Positions 26,077 to 39,058 of a stretch of DNA of 64,000 bases are shown here, piece by piece. The DNA lies in the NCBI RefSeq assembly GCF_023055435.1, contig NW_025963824.1, forward strand, positions 30,256,001 through 30,320,000, written 5' to 3'. Both the position numbers and the translations under genes were made by a program. The DNA is from Haliotis rufescens (lineage: Eukaryota). Below the pieces are notes generated by a model that saw only the letters and a list, made by a program, of their open reading frames with translations, had not been told where the DNA came from and did no database searches. Numbering within the stretch: position 1 is the first letter of the stretch; each line of letters starts with the position of its first letter.

Positions 26077-26429
26077 AGTAATGTTGTTATACTCTGTCCT
26101 GGCGTTTTCCTGGTTTGTTCTGCTGCTGTCATGTTTTGTATTGTATTTTTTAGTGTGTATAGTTCATGTTTTGTCCTCTGCTTTGTGCCATTGTGATCTG
26201 AAGCTTCTCTCTCAACTACGGTTGCCCCTAACAACCAAAGACTTAGTGTAGTAGGTGTGTGGAGGGCAAGTCTAAAGCTGATCTCTGCAACAGCTAGCTT
26301 ACCAATACTGAATGTCTGTTAGAGTATGAGAGCTGTAGTCTTGGTGCTAAGATGGATTTAATGAACTTGCCTTGATGGTGAAAATAGGGGTGGGATAGAG
26401 TACCAATACATATGTACACATACCTCTAC

Positions 26430-28200
26430 CATTACCCACACACCCATCTCCCACACCCCAACCCCAACCTTAACCCCAAACCCACCACTCACACCCCAAC
26501 CCCAAACCCAAACCCAAACCCACCACCCACACCCCAACCCTAACCTTAACCCCAAACCCACCACCCACACCCCAACCCCAAACCCAACCCCAAACCCACC
26601 ACCCACACCCCAACCCTAACCTTAACCCCAAACCCACCACCCACACCCCACCACCCACACCCCAACCCCAAACCCAGACCCATCACCCATCCTAACCATA
26701 ATCACCAACCGACACTCCAACCTAACCCCAAACACAACCACCCACACACCAGCCCTACCCCCAAACCCCAAACCCCAAACCCAAACCCAAACTCCCAATC
26801 CCAAACCCAAACCCAAACTCCCAATCCCAAACCCAAACTCCCAATCCCCAACCCAAACTCCCAATCCCAATCCCAATCCCAATCCCAATCCCCAACCCCA
26901 ACCACAACACCCTACTCCCAACCCCCTAATCCAAACCCCAACCACAACCCCCTAATCCCAACCTCAAACCCCAACCCAGGGGTCCGGAAACCGTCATATG
27001 CGCCGGACATGTCCGATTGGGAATCTCAAATGTCCGTTTTAAAATATTGCTTACCGGACATTTTAAAAAGAATTGTCCGGACATTCTTAAATTTTGACCG
27101 GACATGATCAACAGTTAGGACTGAGCAGTTTCTGTCTGCAGTTGCAACACAATGAAGATTAACTACACTGACAAGCTTTGTTTGTTTTGATTGCTGTAAA
27201 TACATCGTACCTACATGATAGTCCAATCTGTCAATCACTGTAATAGGCAATAAACTGAGTTGACACTGATTAATCGAGGATTAATTACTGAGAACATCTT
27301 GTTAATTTGAGTGAAAGGTGTTTACAACTGTACATTAATACCTTGCATCATCGATGTACCTCATAATCCTCACAATGCTACGATACGTAACCTCAGACAA
27401 GAAGGGAAAGCGTGACGACAGGCAGTCGACCGATGCAGATCAGTCGAGCGGATCTGCCAAACCCTCAAAGTCTGGACGATCATTTTGTAAGTCGTGGCTA
27501 ACGACTTTCACTTGGTTGACATACAATGAGGATTTGCAGATTTTATTGTTTTCAGTAGCTAGTCGTATATTGAATCTTGATTGACCGCCATTTTGCTTTC
27601 TCGGACGATCAATATCCAAAAAAATTATGGTCAATAATTAAGTACAGATGAAAAAAGTATTCAAATAACTATTGCTATCAACGATATTTTAGTATTTGTG
27701 ATTAAATTATCTGTCTTGTTTTTAAAAAAATCTTTAGTTTAAAAAAAGCTTTTCACGTGAGGTCACGTGATAACCAAATATGGGATAATAGTCTCGATCC
27801 AAATGTTACAACGCGTACACTTGAGCAGACTCATGAATATAACTCATGAATATTAACTAGACCGTTCACTACGTTAACAGATCGTTATTATAACAGAAAC
27901 AAACATATTTTTTCCATGTAAATCTAAAATGATATTATTTGTTATTAATTGTCCGGTGAATTAAACAATTTAAATTGAAACAATTCATAATTCATCATAT
28001 TATGAATACGTAAACTTGTAATGTGTGTGAAAAGTCGTACTAAAATACGCTATTTGAAGGGGGCGTGGCCTAAATGCAAATGTCCGATTGGGATTTTAAA
28101 TTTTCCGGACCCCTGCCCCAACCACAACACCCTACTCCCAACCCCCTAATCCAAACCCCAACCACGACCCCCTAATCCAAACCCCCAAACACCAACACAC
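26430..28200. repeat. C-rich low-complexity tract (CCCAAA/CCCAAT/CCCAAC) split by the hAT element
   Basis: 26430-26976 and 28116-28200. Confidence 0.85.
26977..28115 (+). mobile_element. non-autonomous hAT element carrying a transposase 5' remnant
   Basis: 14-bp TIR CAGGGGTCCGGAAA, exact 8-bp TSD CCCCAACC, TCCGG/TGTCCG subterminal repeats; 27375-27584 encodes RSFCKSWLTTFTWLTY (TTF-type zinc-finger start). Confidence 0.92.
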
Positions 28201-28754
28201 AATCCAGACCCTAATCAGAAGCAAACTAAAGGATCAATGTTCACTGAAGTTTACCATAAACTGGGCTATTTCGTATTTAATTCCCTCAATATCAAAATCC
28301 TAATTGAAATAAAACTGTAATAATCCTACATTTGTCCTATTGTGAGCGGTCTGGCACATCCCGAGGACTCTGACATACAGATCCCTTTGATCTAAACATT
28401 ATGTGCCTTATTACATCCTTTCACATTTCTAGACATTACACCACGCAAATATACATTTTGGAATGATCTTTAATCTGTCTGCTGCCTAAGCGCATACAGT
28501 AACGATTAATATGGCCATTTGAAATAATACTTTCGGTCATGAGAATTGTCTGGGAGGAAAGTTTTAATGAATCTGTTTCAACAACACGCTATCAGTATCA
28601 CGCTGCACGCTGCAGCATCAAGTGAAGGGACAGATAGGATTTAAGGGGTTTTTAGAAATTAATTTCAAAATGTAATGTTTAGACTTTGTCTGGATTCCAT
28701 ATGGGATTTGAAGTTCACCATCCCGACTTGGCTGGGGACCACTGGGGGAGGGCT

Positions 28755-29657
28755 AGAAGTACAGCTGTATCTGGGCAGAAGTACAGCTGTATCTGGGCAG
28801 AAGTACTGCTGTATCTGGGCAGAAGTACAGCTGTATGATGGCAGAAGTACAGCTGTATCTGGGCAGAAGTACTGCTGTATCTGGGCAGAAGTACTGCTGT
28901 ATCTGGGCAGAAGTACAGCTGTATCTGGGCAGAAGTACAGCTGTATCTGGGCAGAAGTACATGTGTATTTGGGCAGAAGTACAGCTGTATCATGGCAGAA
29001 GTACAGCTGTATCATGGCAGAAGTACAGCTGTATCATGGCAGAAGTACAGCTGTATCTGGGCAGAAGTACAGCTGTATCTGGGCAGAAGTTCAGCTGTAT
29101 CTGGGCAGAAGTACAGCTGTATGTGGGCAGAAGTACTGCTGTATGATGGCAGAAGTACAGCTGTATCTGGGCAGAAGTACTGCTGTATCTGGGCAGAAGG
29201 ACAGCTGTATCTGGGCAGAAGTACTGCTGTATCTGGGCAGAAGTACTGCTGTATCTGGGCAGAAGTACAGCTGTATCTGGGCAGAAGTACAGCTGTATCT
29301 GGGCAGAAGAACTGCTGTATCTGGGCAGAAGTACAGCTGTATCTGGGCAGAAGTACAGCTGTATCTGGGCAGAAGTACAGCTGTATCTGGGCAGAAGTAC
29401 AGTTGTATCTGGGCAGAAGTACAGCTGTATCTGGGCAGAAGTACTGCTGTATCTGGGCAGAAGTACAGCTGTATCTGGGCAGAAGTACAGCTGTATGTGG
29501 GCAGAAGTACTGCTGTATCTGGGCAGAAGTACAGCTGTATCTGGGCAGAAGTACTGCTGTATCTGGGCAGAAGTACAGCTGTATCTGGGCAGAAGGACAG
29601 CTTTATCTGGGCAGAAGGACAGCTGTATCTGGGCAGAAGTACTGCTGTATCTGGGCG
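28755..29657. repeat. 22-bp minisatellite, ~41 copies
   Basis: ctgggcagaagtacagctgtat. Confidence 0.95.
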
Positions 29658-30116
29658 AGCGTCGTCAGAGAAATGAGAAACATGGAAATAAGAGAGTCTC
29701 AGCCCTGTTAAATGGAAAAAATGTTAAAACAATTTTTTTTAGAAATATGTTTCTAAAATAATTTGTCAGTGTGAGTAGAATGGTTTGATAAATGCAATTT
29801 TATTAAAAGGGGTGAACTGTTTGAAGCAAGTTGCTAAGCTGTGATATTTGAGTGAAGGTCAGACTAAAACAAGCAACTGTGCCTGCAGAATTATATTGAT
29901 GAGTTCAACTAAGTGTTTTACATTTCACTACTGGAAGAGATTATCTTTAAAACCCTCTGTTTGTATCTTCATCTTAAATATGTCAGAATGTCATGGAATG
30001 GATGTTAAATCTTAGGAATTAGCTCTGAAATGCTCTGATAGTGGCACTAAGATGTCTTTGAATATGGTGCCTAGTTTGGACAACCTATGGTATGTTTGTA
30101 ACCAGATATTCAGTTC

Positions 30117-30411
30117 GGGTTGGTCCTGAGTAGGACCCGGGTACCCACAGTACTACCCGGACCCGTGGTTAGTCACGTGATATATTGTTTAATGACAAAA
30201 ACTCACTATAGCTCAGTGGTTACACTACAAGTCGCTAATGTTCACATTTCTGATGATGCACACATTCCTACAGTGGGTACCCGGGTATTGTCAGGTAATA
30301 GGGGGTTGAATACCCGGGTAGGGTCAGGTAATAGGGGGTTGGGTACCCGGGTAGGGTCAGGTAATGGGGGGTTGGGTACCCGGGTAGTAAATTCGGACTA
30401 GTCCCAGCCCT
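30117..30411. mobile_element. degenerate MITE-like element with ACCCGGGT palindromes
   Basis: Five tacccgggta-like motifs, internal 30-bp repeat, imperfect inverted ends. Confidence 0.45.
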
Positions 30412-30756
30412 ACAGTGTTGAGTATAGTGTAAGCTGTGTCTGTAGGAGTAACTTGCTCGACAACCTTGTGCCTTGTATATTTCCTTGTAGCAGTGTTTAG
30501 ACAGTTGCAGTGTGAGTGAAATCGTAGATGTTGGTGTACTTTTAACAATATATCTTAAACACTATGTAAATAGAAAAGGTTGGAGGTAAAGATATTTCTA
30601 CATTCTAAATCATCTTCATTTGATAAAGATGTGTAATTTTTCCCCATCTTATTCGAATATCTTCAATGCCTTGTTTTTTGGATGTTTTTTTGGTCATGTG
30701 GTGTTGAAGGTTAAAATGCATTAATTACCGTAAAATTTTGACCCGTCACTTTTCAG

Positions 30757-30819
30757 CCGGTGGGATTTGTCACGTTTATATCCAGAGTTGCTGCCGAGTC
30801 CGCCAAACAAGACCTTCAG
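30757..30819 (+). CDS. cpo: cpo exon E4 (RRM1 RNP1)
   Basis: ttttcag|CCG...CAG|gtgaga; 63 nt; PVGFVTFISRVAAESAKQDLQ. Confidence 0.97.
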
Positions 30820-30962
30820 GTGAGACTTTGACCTTCTGATGACCTTGTAGAGAGACCATGAAGTGGTTAAGCTTTTTATTGAAGTTAATCAGTTGATGTG
30901 GAGGTGCTTTATTCAGGAATTGGATTTTTTCAGTGATAATAGTGAGGATATATTTCTTTCAG

Positions 30963-31101
30963 GGAGTAAGATTCGACCCTGACCTCCCTCAGACCTTGAG
31001 ATTGGAGTTCGCCAAGAGCAACACAAAAGTGACGAAGCCTAAACAACAGTCTCCCCAGCTCGCCGCCACCCACCCCACCATCATCCACCCCCTCACAGGA
31101 C
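30963..31101 (+). CDS. cpo: cpo exon E5 (end of RRM1)
   Basis: tctttcag|GGA...GGA C|gtaagt; 139 nt, phase 0-1; [46 protein letters not shown]. Confidence 0.97.
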
Positions 31102-31204
31102 GTAAGTATACCCTGGCCTTGGCCACAGGTGCACTGACACACCTACACACCTTCCTTTACCTGTGGGATCATAAGGACTGTCACCGTTATATCTGTGGGG
31201 AGTC

Positions 31205-31880
31205 CAAGGCAGGATAGGTCCCCGTCTCCCATTCTTGTCTCCCTGGGGTTATTTCAAGGCTGAATAGACCCCAGTACCACATGCTTGTCTCCCAGTGGGT
31301 ATTCCAAGGCTGGATAGATCCCAGTACCTCATGCTTATCTCCCTGTGGGTATTCCAAGGCTGGATAGATACCCAGAACCTCATGCTTGTCTCCCTGTGGG
31401 TATTCCAAGGCTCGATAGATCCCAGTACCTCATGCTTGTCTCCCTGTGGGTATTCCAAGGCTCGATAGATCCCAGTACCTCATGCTTGTCTCCCTGTGGG
31501 TATTCCAAGGCTGCATAGATACCCAGAACCTCATGCTTGTCTCCCAGTGTGGGTTACAAGTCAGGATAGGTCCCCAGTACCACATGCTTGTCTCCCTGTG
31601 GGTATTCCAAGGCTGCATAGATACCCAGAACCTCATGCTTGTCTCCCAGTGTGGGTTACAAGTCAGGATAGGTCCCCAGTACCACATGCTTGTCTCCCTG
31701 TGGGTATTCCAAGGCTGGATAGATCCTCCATGATCCCATGCTTGTCTCCCTGTGGGGATTACAGGACAGAATAGGTCCCCAGTACCTCATGCTTGTCTCC
31801 CTGTGGGTATTCCAAGGCTGGAAAGATCCTCCATGTTCCCTTGCTTTTCTCCTTGTGGAGATTCCAGGGCAGACAAGGTC
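31205..31880. repeat. ~57-bp tandem repeat
   Basis: cccagtacctcatgcttgtctccctgtgggtattccaaggct... Confidence 0.9.
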
Positions 31881-32489
31881 CCCACTTCTCTATGCTTGAC
31901 TACTTGTGGGGATAAGGGGCTGATTGAGATTGTGTGTTTTCATACCACAATGGCATAACTGTCATGCTGTCAACTACTGGTTTCCCTGCCCCACCCAAAT
32001 CACTGGTCCTCCCTCGCTTAACACCCTGATTGCTCAACAATCCTGGGGACACTTACACAATGACCCACACACACTGTCACAACTTCGTTTCTTTGGAATT
32101 AGTTTGACCCCAGCCTTCTCAGTGTTAAGGTCAAGGTCGACAGTCAAGGGGCCGTGACCCTAATGTTACATTCTTGGTTTTCACTAGGATTTTGTGATAT
32201 TGTAAATATGAATTTTGTCATCAAATTATGTCAGTATGTTTTAGTCTAATTTCCCTGCACCAGTTTGGTTCCCTATATCATATTCAGTTCCACACGTGAT
32301 GCCAGTCCATGATGGCTGGAGACCATGAAACTCAGTCAAAGTTTCATGTTTATTATATATGAGGGGCAAATGTAGACTGTTTTTCTGTTGGAGGAAATAT
32401 ACCCCAAAATGCAGGAGAAGAGTAACCTTGCTTCTTGCTCTGGTTGTTTGACCAGCAGCATGCACGGCATCCAGTTTGATGCCTGCACA

Positions 32490-32940
32490 TTGCTGAAATA
32501 TTGCTGAAGTGGGACCGCATCTGTTCTACATATACATCCTGACATCTAGTGTCAATCTTGTTGCTCAGCGTGTCTGAAATATTGAAATATTGCTGAAGTG
32601 GGGCAGCATTTGATTTTCATATATACCCTGACATCCAGTGTGACTCTCATTGCTCATCTTTGCTGAAATGTTGCTGAAGTGGGGCTGCATCTGTTCATAT
32701 TTACCCTGTGTGACTCTCATCGCTCATATTGGCTGAAATATTGCTGAAGTGGGGCTATATCTGTTCATATATACCCTGACATCCGATGTTACTCTCATTG
32801 CTCATCTTGGCTGAAATATTGCTGAAGTGGGGCTACATCTGTTCATATTTACCCTGTGTGACTCTCAAAGCTCATCTTGGTTGAAATATTGCTGAAGTGG
32901 GGCTGCATCTGTTCATATATACCCTGACATCCAGTGTCAC
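32490..32940. repeat. degenerate ~65-75-bp tandem repeat
   Basis: ctgaaatattgctgaagtggggctgcatctgttcatat. Confidence 0.8.
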
Positions 32941-33219
32941 TCCCGTCTTGCTATGTATATTTCTGTATGTTCAGCACATCTTCATCATGAGTCGGTATAA
33001 CATTGCTTTGCACGGACAAGCTTTATGTGTACCTGCACTATCTAAATCAGCCGAAGGTCTCTCATCTACTTACAGACCAACCTGCAAAAAGTAAAGTTGA
33101 AAGAAACATGAAACGTTATGTTGGAAAATATGGTATTTTTTATTGCAATACAGTGAAATCCTGTTGGCCCCATCGCAGAGCTCTCTGTACAGTGCTATCT
33201 CTGTGTGGAGCTTGTGAGT

Positions 33220-33391
33220 CCATATAGAAAGGGGCATTACTCCTCCCGGTCCATATTCAAAGGGACATTACTCCTCCTGATCCATATTCAAAAGGACAAT
33301 ACTCCTCCCGCTCCATATTCAAAGGGACATTACTCCTCACAGTCCATATTCAAGGGGACATTACTCCTACTGGTCCATATTCAAAGGGACA
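33220..33391. repeat. 31-bp tandem repeat
   Basis: ccatattcaaagggacattactcctc. Confidence 0.85.
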
Positions 33392-35083
33392 TGATTCTGT
33401 CAGTCTCTCAAGCTCCTCACAGCGATAGCCCAATCTCGGACAGCTCTGTACAATCTCTGCCACCAGTCAAAGCTCCGTACTGTGATAGGTGGCCATAACC
33501 ATGGCTGGAGTTGAACTCGTAACCGACTGACCGTTATGTTTACAAGCAAGTGATGACTGTCATGACGCTGAATACTTTTACCCCAGCTAAATTATCTTCC
33601 TTTTTTGTCAATTTAAAGTGCTCTTTCATTTCAACTATCATGTAATTGGAATTAGAATCTAATGAGGGAGTTGGGTGATTTTCTGTCCAAACCAATCTGA
33701 TTATAAAAATAGAAGTTAAATTCATCTGGGAAATCTGGTCAATTGTAAACCTTTTCAAAATTCACTATGACGACATTCCCAGAGATATGAACAAAAATAT
33801 TAACATGACTATATTTGGGGTTAGAGGGCAAATTTCAATATTCTTGTAATGGCTGCTTCCACACTAACGGCAGCGACGTTTCCGAGAGTGTTACAAAGGT
33901 TGGAAGTAGCTCGTCAGTCTGTATGCAAAGGGACATAACTCCATGTTTTGTTTATCCATATTTCACTGGGAATGGCTGTGTCTGGAGAAGCTGATTTCAC
34001 TGTATTTCAATGACATATACACATGTACTGTTCTCGACTGTTCTTTAAAAGTCTGGCATTTCATTAGAATGACTCAGGTTCTGTAAGTTGATCAGATGCC
34101 ACGAGGTTTGGTCCAGCAGGGAAAGGCTGTTTGTGCATGCTGCTGTGAGAGGCAAACTGGTTTCTACTCTTGGTCCTAGGACTCTGTTGAATGTGTGTTG
34201 AACGTGTGTTGATGATATGTACGATATGATGTCGAGTCTCTCTAATATAAGCACCAAATAGAGTACTTGAATAAGCACAATTACTTTGAGGCACTCAATA
34301 ACAAAAAGCACTTAGAAACTAAAAACAATTGAATGGACACCCAGTCAAAGTACGACATAACCATAGTGTAACAAGATAAAGATCAATCTTCTCACGGCCT
34401 GTTGTTGATAAATAACTTTATAAATAAAATCTATTGGGTCTTTCCTGAGACACACATGGAGGTGACAAACCCCCACGAATTAATAATATATTATATTATT
34501 CATTTTTAAAAAATGTAAGAAATTTCTCAGATGGCCCCTTAATTATCAAACACTCTTTGCATAAGATTTGGATGAGGTTTAGATGAGGTTAAGATGAGGT
34601 TTTAAATATCTTAAAAAGCGATGTAATGTAAATTAAGTGTACAACCTGAAGTAGCTGTATCATAGGGTTGTCGTATTTCCGAGGCAAGCGTGTCCACTAG
34701 CCTTTATAAAAGCCTAGTTTATTCCCTTGCCACATGAAGGCCACTTTTTGGGCTCATCCCTGGCGCCGCCTCTCATAGATCACGAGTTGTGTCCCTTGTA
34801 CTGAAAACATGATATCCAATCAGATCGCTGTTCTTATCTCGTATAGCTTCACAAAGATGGCGACTGCCATAGGCAACGACCGAGTCGATCAGATAACGAA
34901 AACATTCGCGATTTCATCCCTGACACAAAAACATAGGCAGCGGTAAATCACTTTCAAAAACAAAGGACCAGTCGTGGACGCTGATTTTGTGAAACATTCT
35001 CTGAATGGGCTATTGATATGTGCAATAGTCCAAACATATTTAGCACAGGAAAGTGGGCTTGATGTGGCAAGGGTGAAACAAGA

Positions 35084-35231
35084 TGCATGTCATCGAGCCA
35101 AATTGCGAGGATCGATGCTCATGATATCAATCACTGGATTTTTTGGTCTAGATTATTTTCAGACCGCCGTCATATAGCTGGAATATTGCTGAGTGCGGCG
35201 TTAAACAACAAATCAACCAAAAAAACAAAAC
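35084..35231 (+). mobile_element. family D 3' fragment
   Basis: gcatgtcatcg...catatagctggaatattgctgagtgcggcgttaaacaac. Confidence 0.75.
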
Positions 35232-36356
35232 TGATTAACATGTTGAATATTCTAGTAATAGATATGACTTTCTTTCTGGACGTCGAAGAAGCAGATGAAT
35301 AATGAAAATAGTGGCAAGTTAACAGTTGAACGTGACATGTTGAATAAGGACATCAGGATATAGAAGAATTGGTTAGAATCTTTCTATTATGTTAAAACAA
35401 AATCATATGTTGGCTGATAAAATTTAGATAAAATATGCTGTTAAGCAGATAACTTTAAATTTTCAAGATGCAGTAATTTGTCTGATATAAAGAAGGACCT
35501 AATGTTTATTTATAAGCAATACATATCATTCCAGTCAAGAACAAAGGTTTCTAACTGAAATCATCTTGTTCAAAGTACTAAGTAACCAGAATGGTAACTA
35601 ACTTTTGGTGTCACCAGTAGAATCAGGAAAGAGATTTTAATACTTTAATACTAATATTAAAAAAAGTTCATTCATAGATATGAAATCTTATTGTGAAGAA
35701 AGTTGTGCTGTGGCGTCATTAAGACGTTTGACGTCCACTTACTTCCGTAAAAATGAGTGCAGATATCTCATTTCTCTCTTGTTCTTTTGCAATATAATAA
35801 AAACATTACCTAGTTTTTCAAAACATTTCAGCATACGTCTACAAGGTTAATCTAAAAACTGCAATTATGACATAAACAGTTATTATTCTGAAAATAGGAC
35901 TTTTCAGAAAATGATTCCAAATGTTTGATACAATGTATCTCTGTAATAAATATGAATTGAAACGTATGAATTGTACTTTCGTTGTCCTAAGATACTGTAG
36001 TTTTAAAATATGAGAAGTAAAAGTGATTTTTCACACATAATGTCCCATCTCATGGGGTGGTCACAAAATTAGGATGTTTATAAATTTAGATAATTCCGTT
36101 TCAATAAACAGATATCAGCTTCTCTAAATATCTATGCTAGTTTCTAAATAAAAACAAAATCATGTATGGTATATTTTTAAAAAATATGTATTTTGAACAA
36201 AATGTCATTCAATCATTAAATAGTGTTGAAGCTGGTAATCGTAAGCTTGCAGCTTATAAGAGAGAGATGACAAGTTTGTTTGCAAATGACCTTCTGTATT
36301 TCACTCACCCTACTAGCAAATTCACGTGTGCGTGTCTTTTTTACCTTCACTTGCAG

Positions 36357-36493
36357 AAGAGTTAGGTGCCGCCTTTTTCCCGGGCTGCCCCGAAGCTTGG
36401 GCCCCCCACCCTCTTGCTCCGTACCCCGAACTGGCACCAACTGCGGCAGCGCTACACCACACTGCACTTATTCAACACCCGGCGCTAGCACAG
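36357..36493 (+). CDS. cpo: cpo exon E6 (Pro/Ala/His-rich linker); 3' end may extend to 36505
   Basis: cttcacttgcag|AA GAG...CAG|gtaccg; phase 1-0; (Q)ELGAAFFPGCPEAWAPHPLAPYPELAPTAAALHHTALIQHPALAQ; second in-frame donor CGG|gttagt at 36505/36506. Confidence 0.9.
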
Positions 36494-36574
36494 GTACCGG
36501 TGCGGGTTAGTGTTTCCTCTCCTTCATTTATTGCACAGTGCAAAGAAACACCGAGGAGGACGGGCCCTACGGCG

Positions 36575-36872
36575 CCGGTCGGTTGGTCGTCGGTCGGTTG
36601 AACGATTGAATGGTCGGTCGTCGGTTGGTCGTCGGTCGGTTGAACGATTGAACGATTGAACGGTCAGTCGTCGGTTGAACGATTGAACGGTTGGTTGGTC
36701 GTCAGTCGGACGGTCGGTCGGCTGGCCGGTCGGTCGGTCAGTCAGTCAGACGGTCCATCGGACGGTTGGTTTGACGGTCGGTCGGTCGTCGGACGGTCTT
36801 CGGTCGTCGGACGGTCTTCGGTCGGTCGTCGGTCGGTCGTCGGTCGGTCGGTTGGTCATCGGTCGGTCAGTC
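36575..36872. repeat. (GGTC/GTC)n simple repeat
   Basis: ggtcggtcgtcggt variants, ~70 nt after the E6 donors. Confidence 0.85.
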
Positions 36873-37484
36873 GTAGTGGTCAGTTGTAACTCTGTGGTCT
36901 GTGTGACACTAGCTAGGGTAATCTGTGTAATTCTACACCATGTGCTGCACCTGTTAATGTCGTGGAAACATTGTGACAGTCTTTACATAAATACTCGTAG
37001 TATGTGTTGGAGAGAAATTTAAAGGAATCTAACAAAAGTATATTTGTATTTGAGCAGTAAATTTGAAGAAAATGTCAATGGCTGAAAATCGGGTCAGCAT
37101 TTCTAGTTTCAATGTTGTGCAGGATTCAAAGGACAATATTGATATTTCAGTTTTGAAATAGCATATAGGTACTGAGAGAGTGACGTTTCTGTTACTGTTG
37201 GTGAAAGGGATGTAATTATTGGAGAAACAGGTTGAGTATGTTGTAGACTGAAGGTGTCGATGTTTGTGAAGTTTCATATGAATGGAAACATCTGTAAATT
37301 AGATTTTGTGATAGGGCAGCTTTTTCAAATATATTAAATGTTGAGACAGATTGTAAGGTAAAGCAGCTTTTTCAAAGATGTTGGATGGTGAAAAGTTCAG
37401 ACAGATCATTCATAATTTGCAGCATTATTTGCACAGTATTATTGTAATGCTGTGGTAGTCCAGTAAGTGCCAAAGGAGTGTAAG

Positions 37485-39058
37485 TAGTTTGTAGGAAAGT
37501 GGCATTAGGATGACTTAAATAGTTTGTGGGAAAGTGGCGTAAGAATGACTTAAATAGTTTGTGGGAAAGTGGCGTAAGAATGACTTAAATAGTTTGTAGG
37601 AAAGTGGCGTAAGAATGACTTAAATAGTTTGTAGGAAAGTGGCGTAAGAATGACTTAAATAGTTTGTGGGAAAGCGGCGTTAGGATGACTTAAATAGTTT
37701 GTAGGAAAGGGGTATTAGGATGACTTAAATAGTTTGTAGGAAAGTGGCATTAGGATGATTTAAATAGTTTGTAGGAAAGGGGCGTTAGGATGATTTAAAT
37801 AGTTTGTAGGAAAGGGGCATTAGGATGACTTAAATAGTTTGTAGGAAAGTGGCATAAGAATGACTTAAATAGTTTGTAGGAAAGGGGCGTTAGGATGACT
37901 TAAATAGTTTGTAGGAAAGGGGCGTTAGGATGACTTAAATAGTTTGTAGGAAAGGGGCGTTAGGATGACTTAAATAGTTTGTAGGAAAGGGGCGTTAGGA
38001 TGACTTAAATAGTTTGTAGGAAAGGGGCGTTAGGATGACTTAAATAGTTTGTAGGAAAGGGGTATTAGGACAACTTAAATAGTTTGTAGGAAAGGGGCGT
38101 TAGGATGACTTAAATAGTTTGTAGGAAAGGGGCGTTAGGATGACTTAAATAGTTTGTAGGAAAGGGGCGTTAGGATGACTTAAATAGTTTGTAGGAAAGG
38201 GGCGTTAGGATGACTTAAATAGTTTGTAGGAAAGGGGTATTAGGATGACTTAAATAGTTTGTAGGAAAGGGGCGTTAGGATGACTTAAATAGTTTGTAGG
38301 AAAGGGGCGTTAGGATGACTTAAATAGTTTGTAGGAAAGGGGCGTTAGGATGATTTAAATAGTTTGTAGGAAAGGGGTATTAGGATGACTTAAATAGTGT
38401 GTAGGAAAGTGGCATTAGGATGATTTAAATAGTTTGTAGGAAAGGGGCGTTAGGATGACTTAAATAGTTTGTAGGAAAGGGGTATTAGGATGACTTAAAT
38501 AGTGTGTAGGAAAGTGGCATTAGGATGATTTAAATAGTTTGTAGGAAAGGGGCGTTAGGATGACTTAAATAGTTTTTAGGAAAGGGGCGTTAGGATGACT
38601 TAAATAGTGTGTAGGAAAGGGGAGTTAGGATGACTTAAATAGTTTTTAGGAAAGGGGCGTTAGGATGACTTAAATAGTGTGTAGGAAAGGGGCGTTAGGA
38701 CAACTTAAATAGTTTGTAGGAAAGGGGCATTAGGATGACTTAAATAGTTTGTAGGAAAGAGGCATTAGGATGACTTAAATAGTTTGTAGGAAAGGGGCGT
38801 TAGGATGACTTAAATAGTTTTTAGGAAAGGGGCGTTAGGATGACTTAAATAGTTTGTAGGAAAGGGGCGTTAGGATGACTTAAATAGTTTGTAGGAAAGA
38901 GGCATTAGGACGACTTAAATAGTTTGTAGGAAAGGGGCGTTAGAATGACTTAAATAGTTTGTAGGTAAGTGGCATTAGGATGACTTAAATAGTGTGTGGG
39001 AAAGGGGCGTTAGAATGACTTAAATAGTTTGTAGGTCAGTGGCATTAGGATGACTTAC
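37485..39058. repeat. 35-bp minisatellite, ~45 copies
   Basis: taggatgacttaaatagtttgtaggaaaggggcgt. Confidence 0.97.

Noticed and set aside
26430-26976. Interstitial telomere
   Set aside because: Few true CCCTAA units; heterogeneous C-rich low complexity
28675-29761. Long ORFs over minisatellites (also 18751-19825, 40893-42837, 44213-46003, 55437-56119, 4802-5700)
   Set aside because: Open in several frames and strands because the repeat units lack stops; no domain or splice support
37485-39058. CRISPR-like regular 35-bp repeats (also 957-1653)
   Set aside because: Head-to-tail with no unique spacers; eukaryotic context; no cas genes
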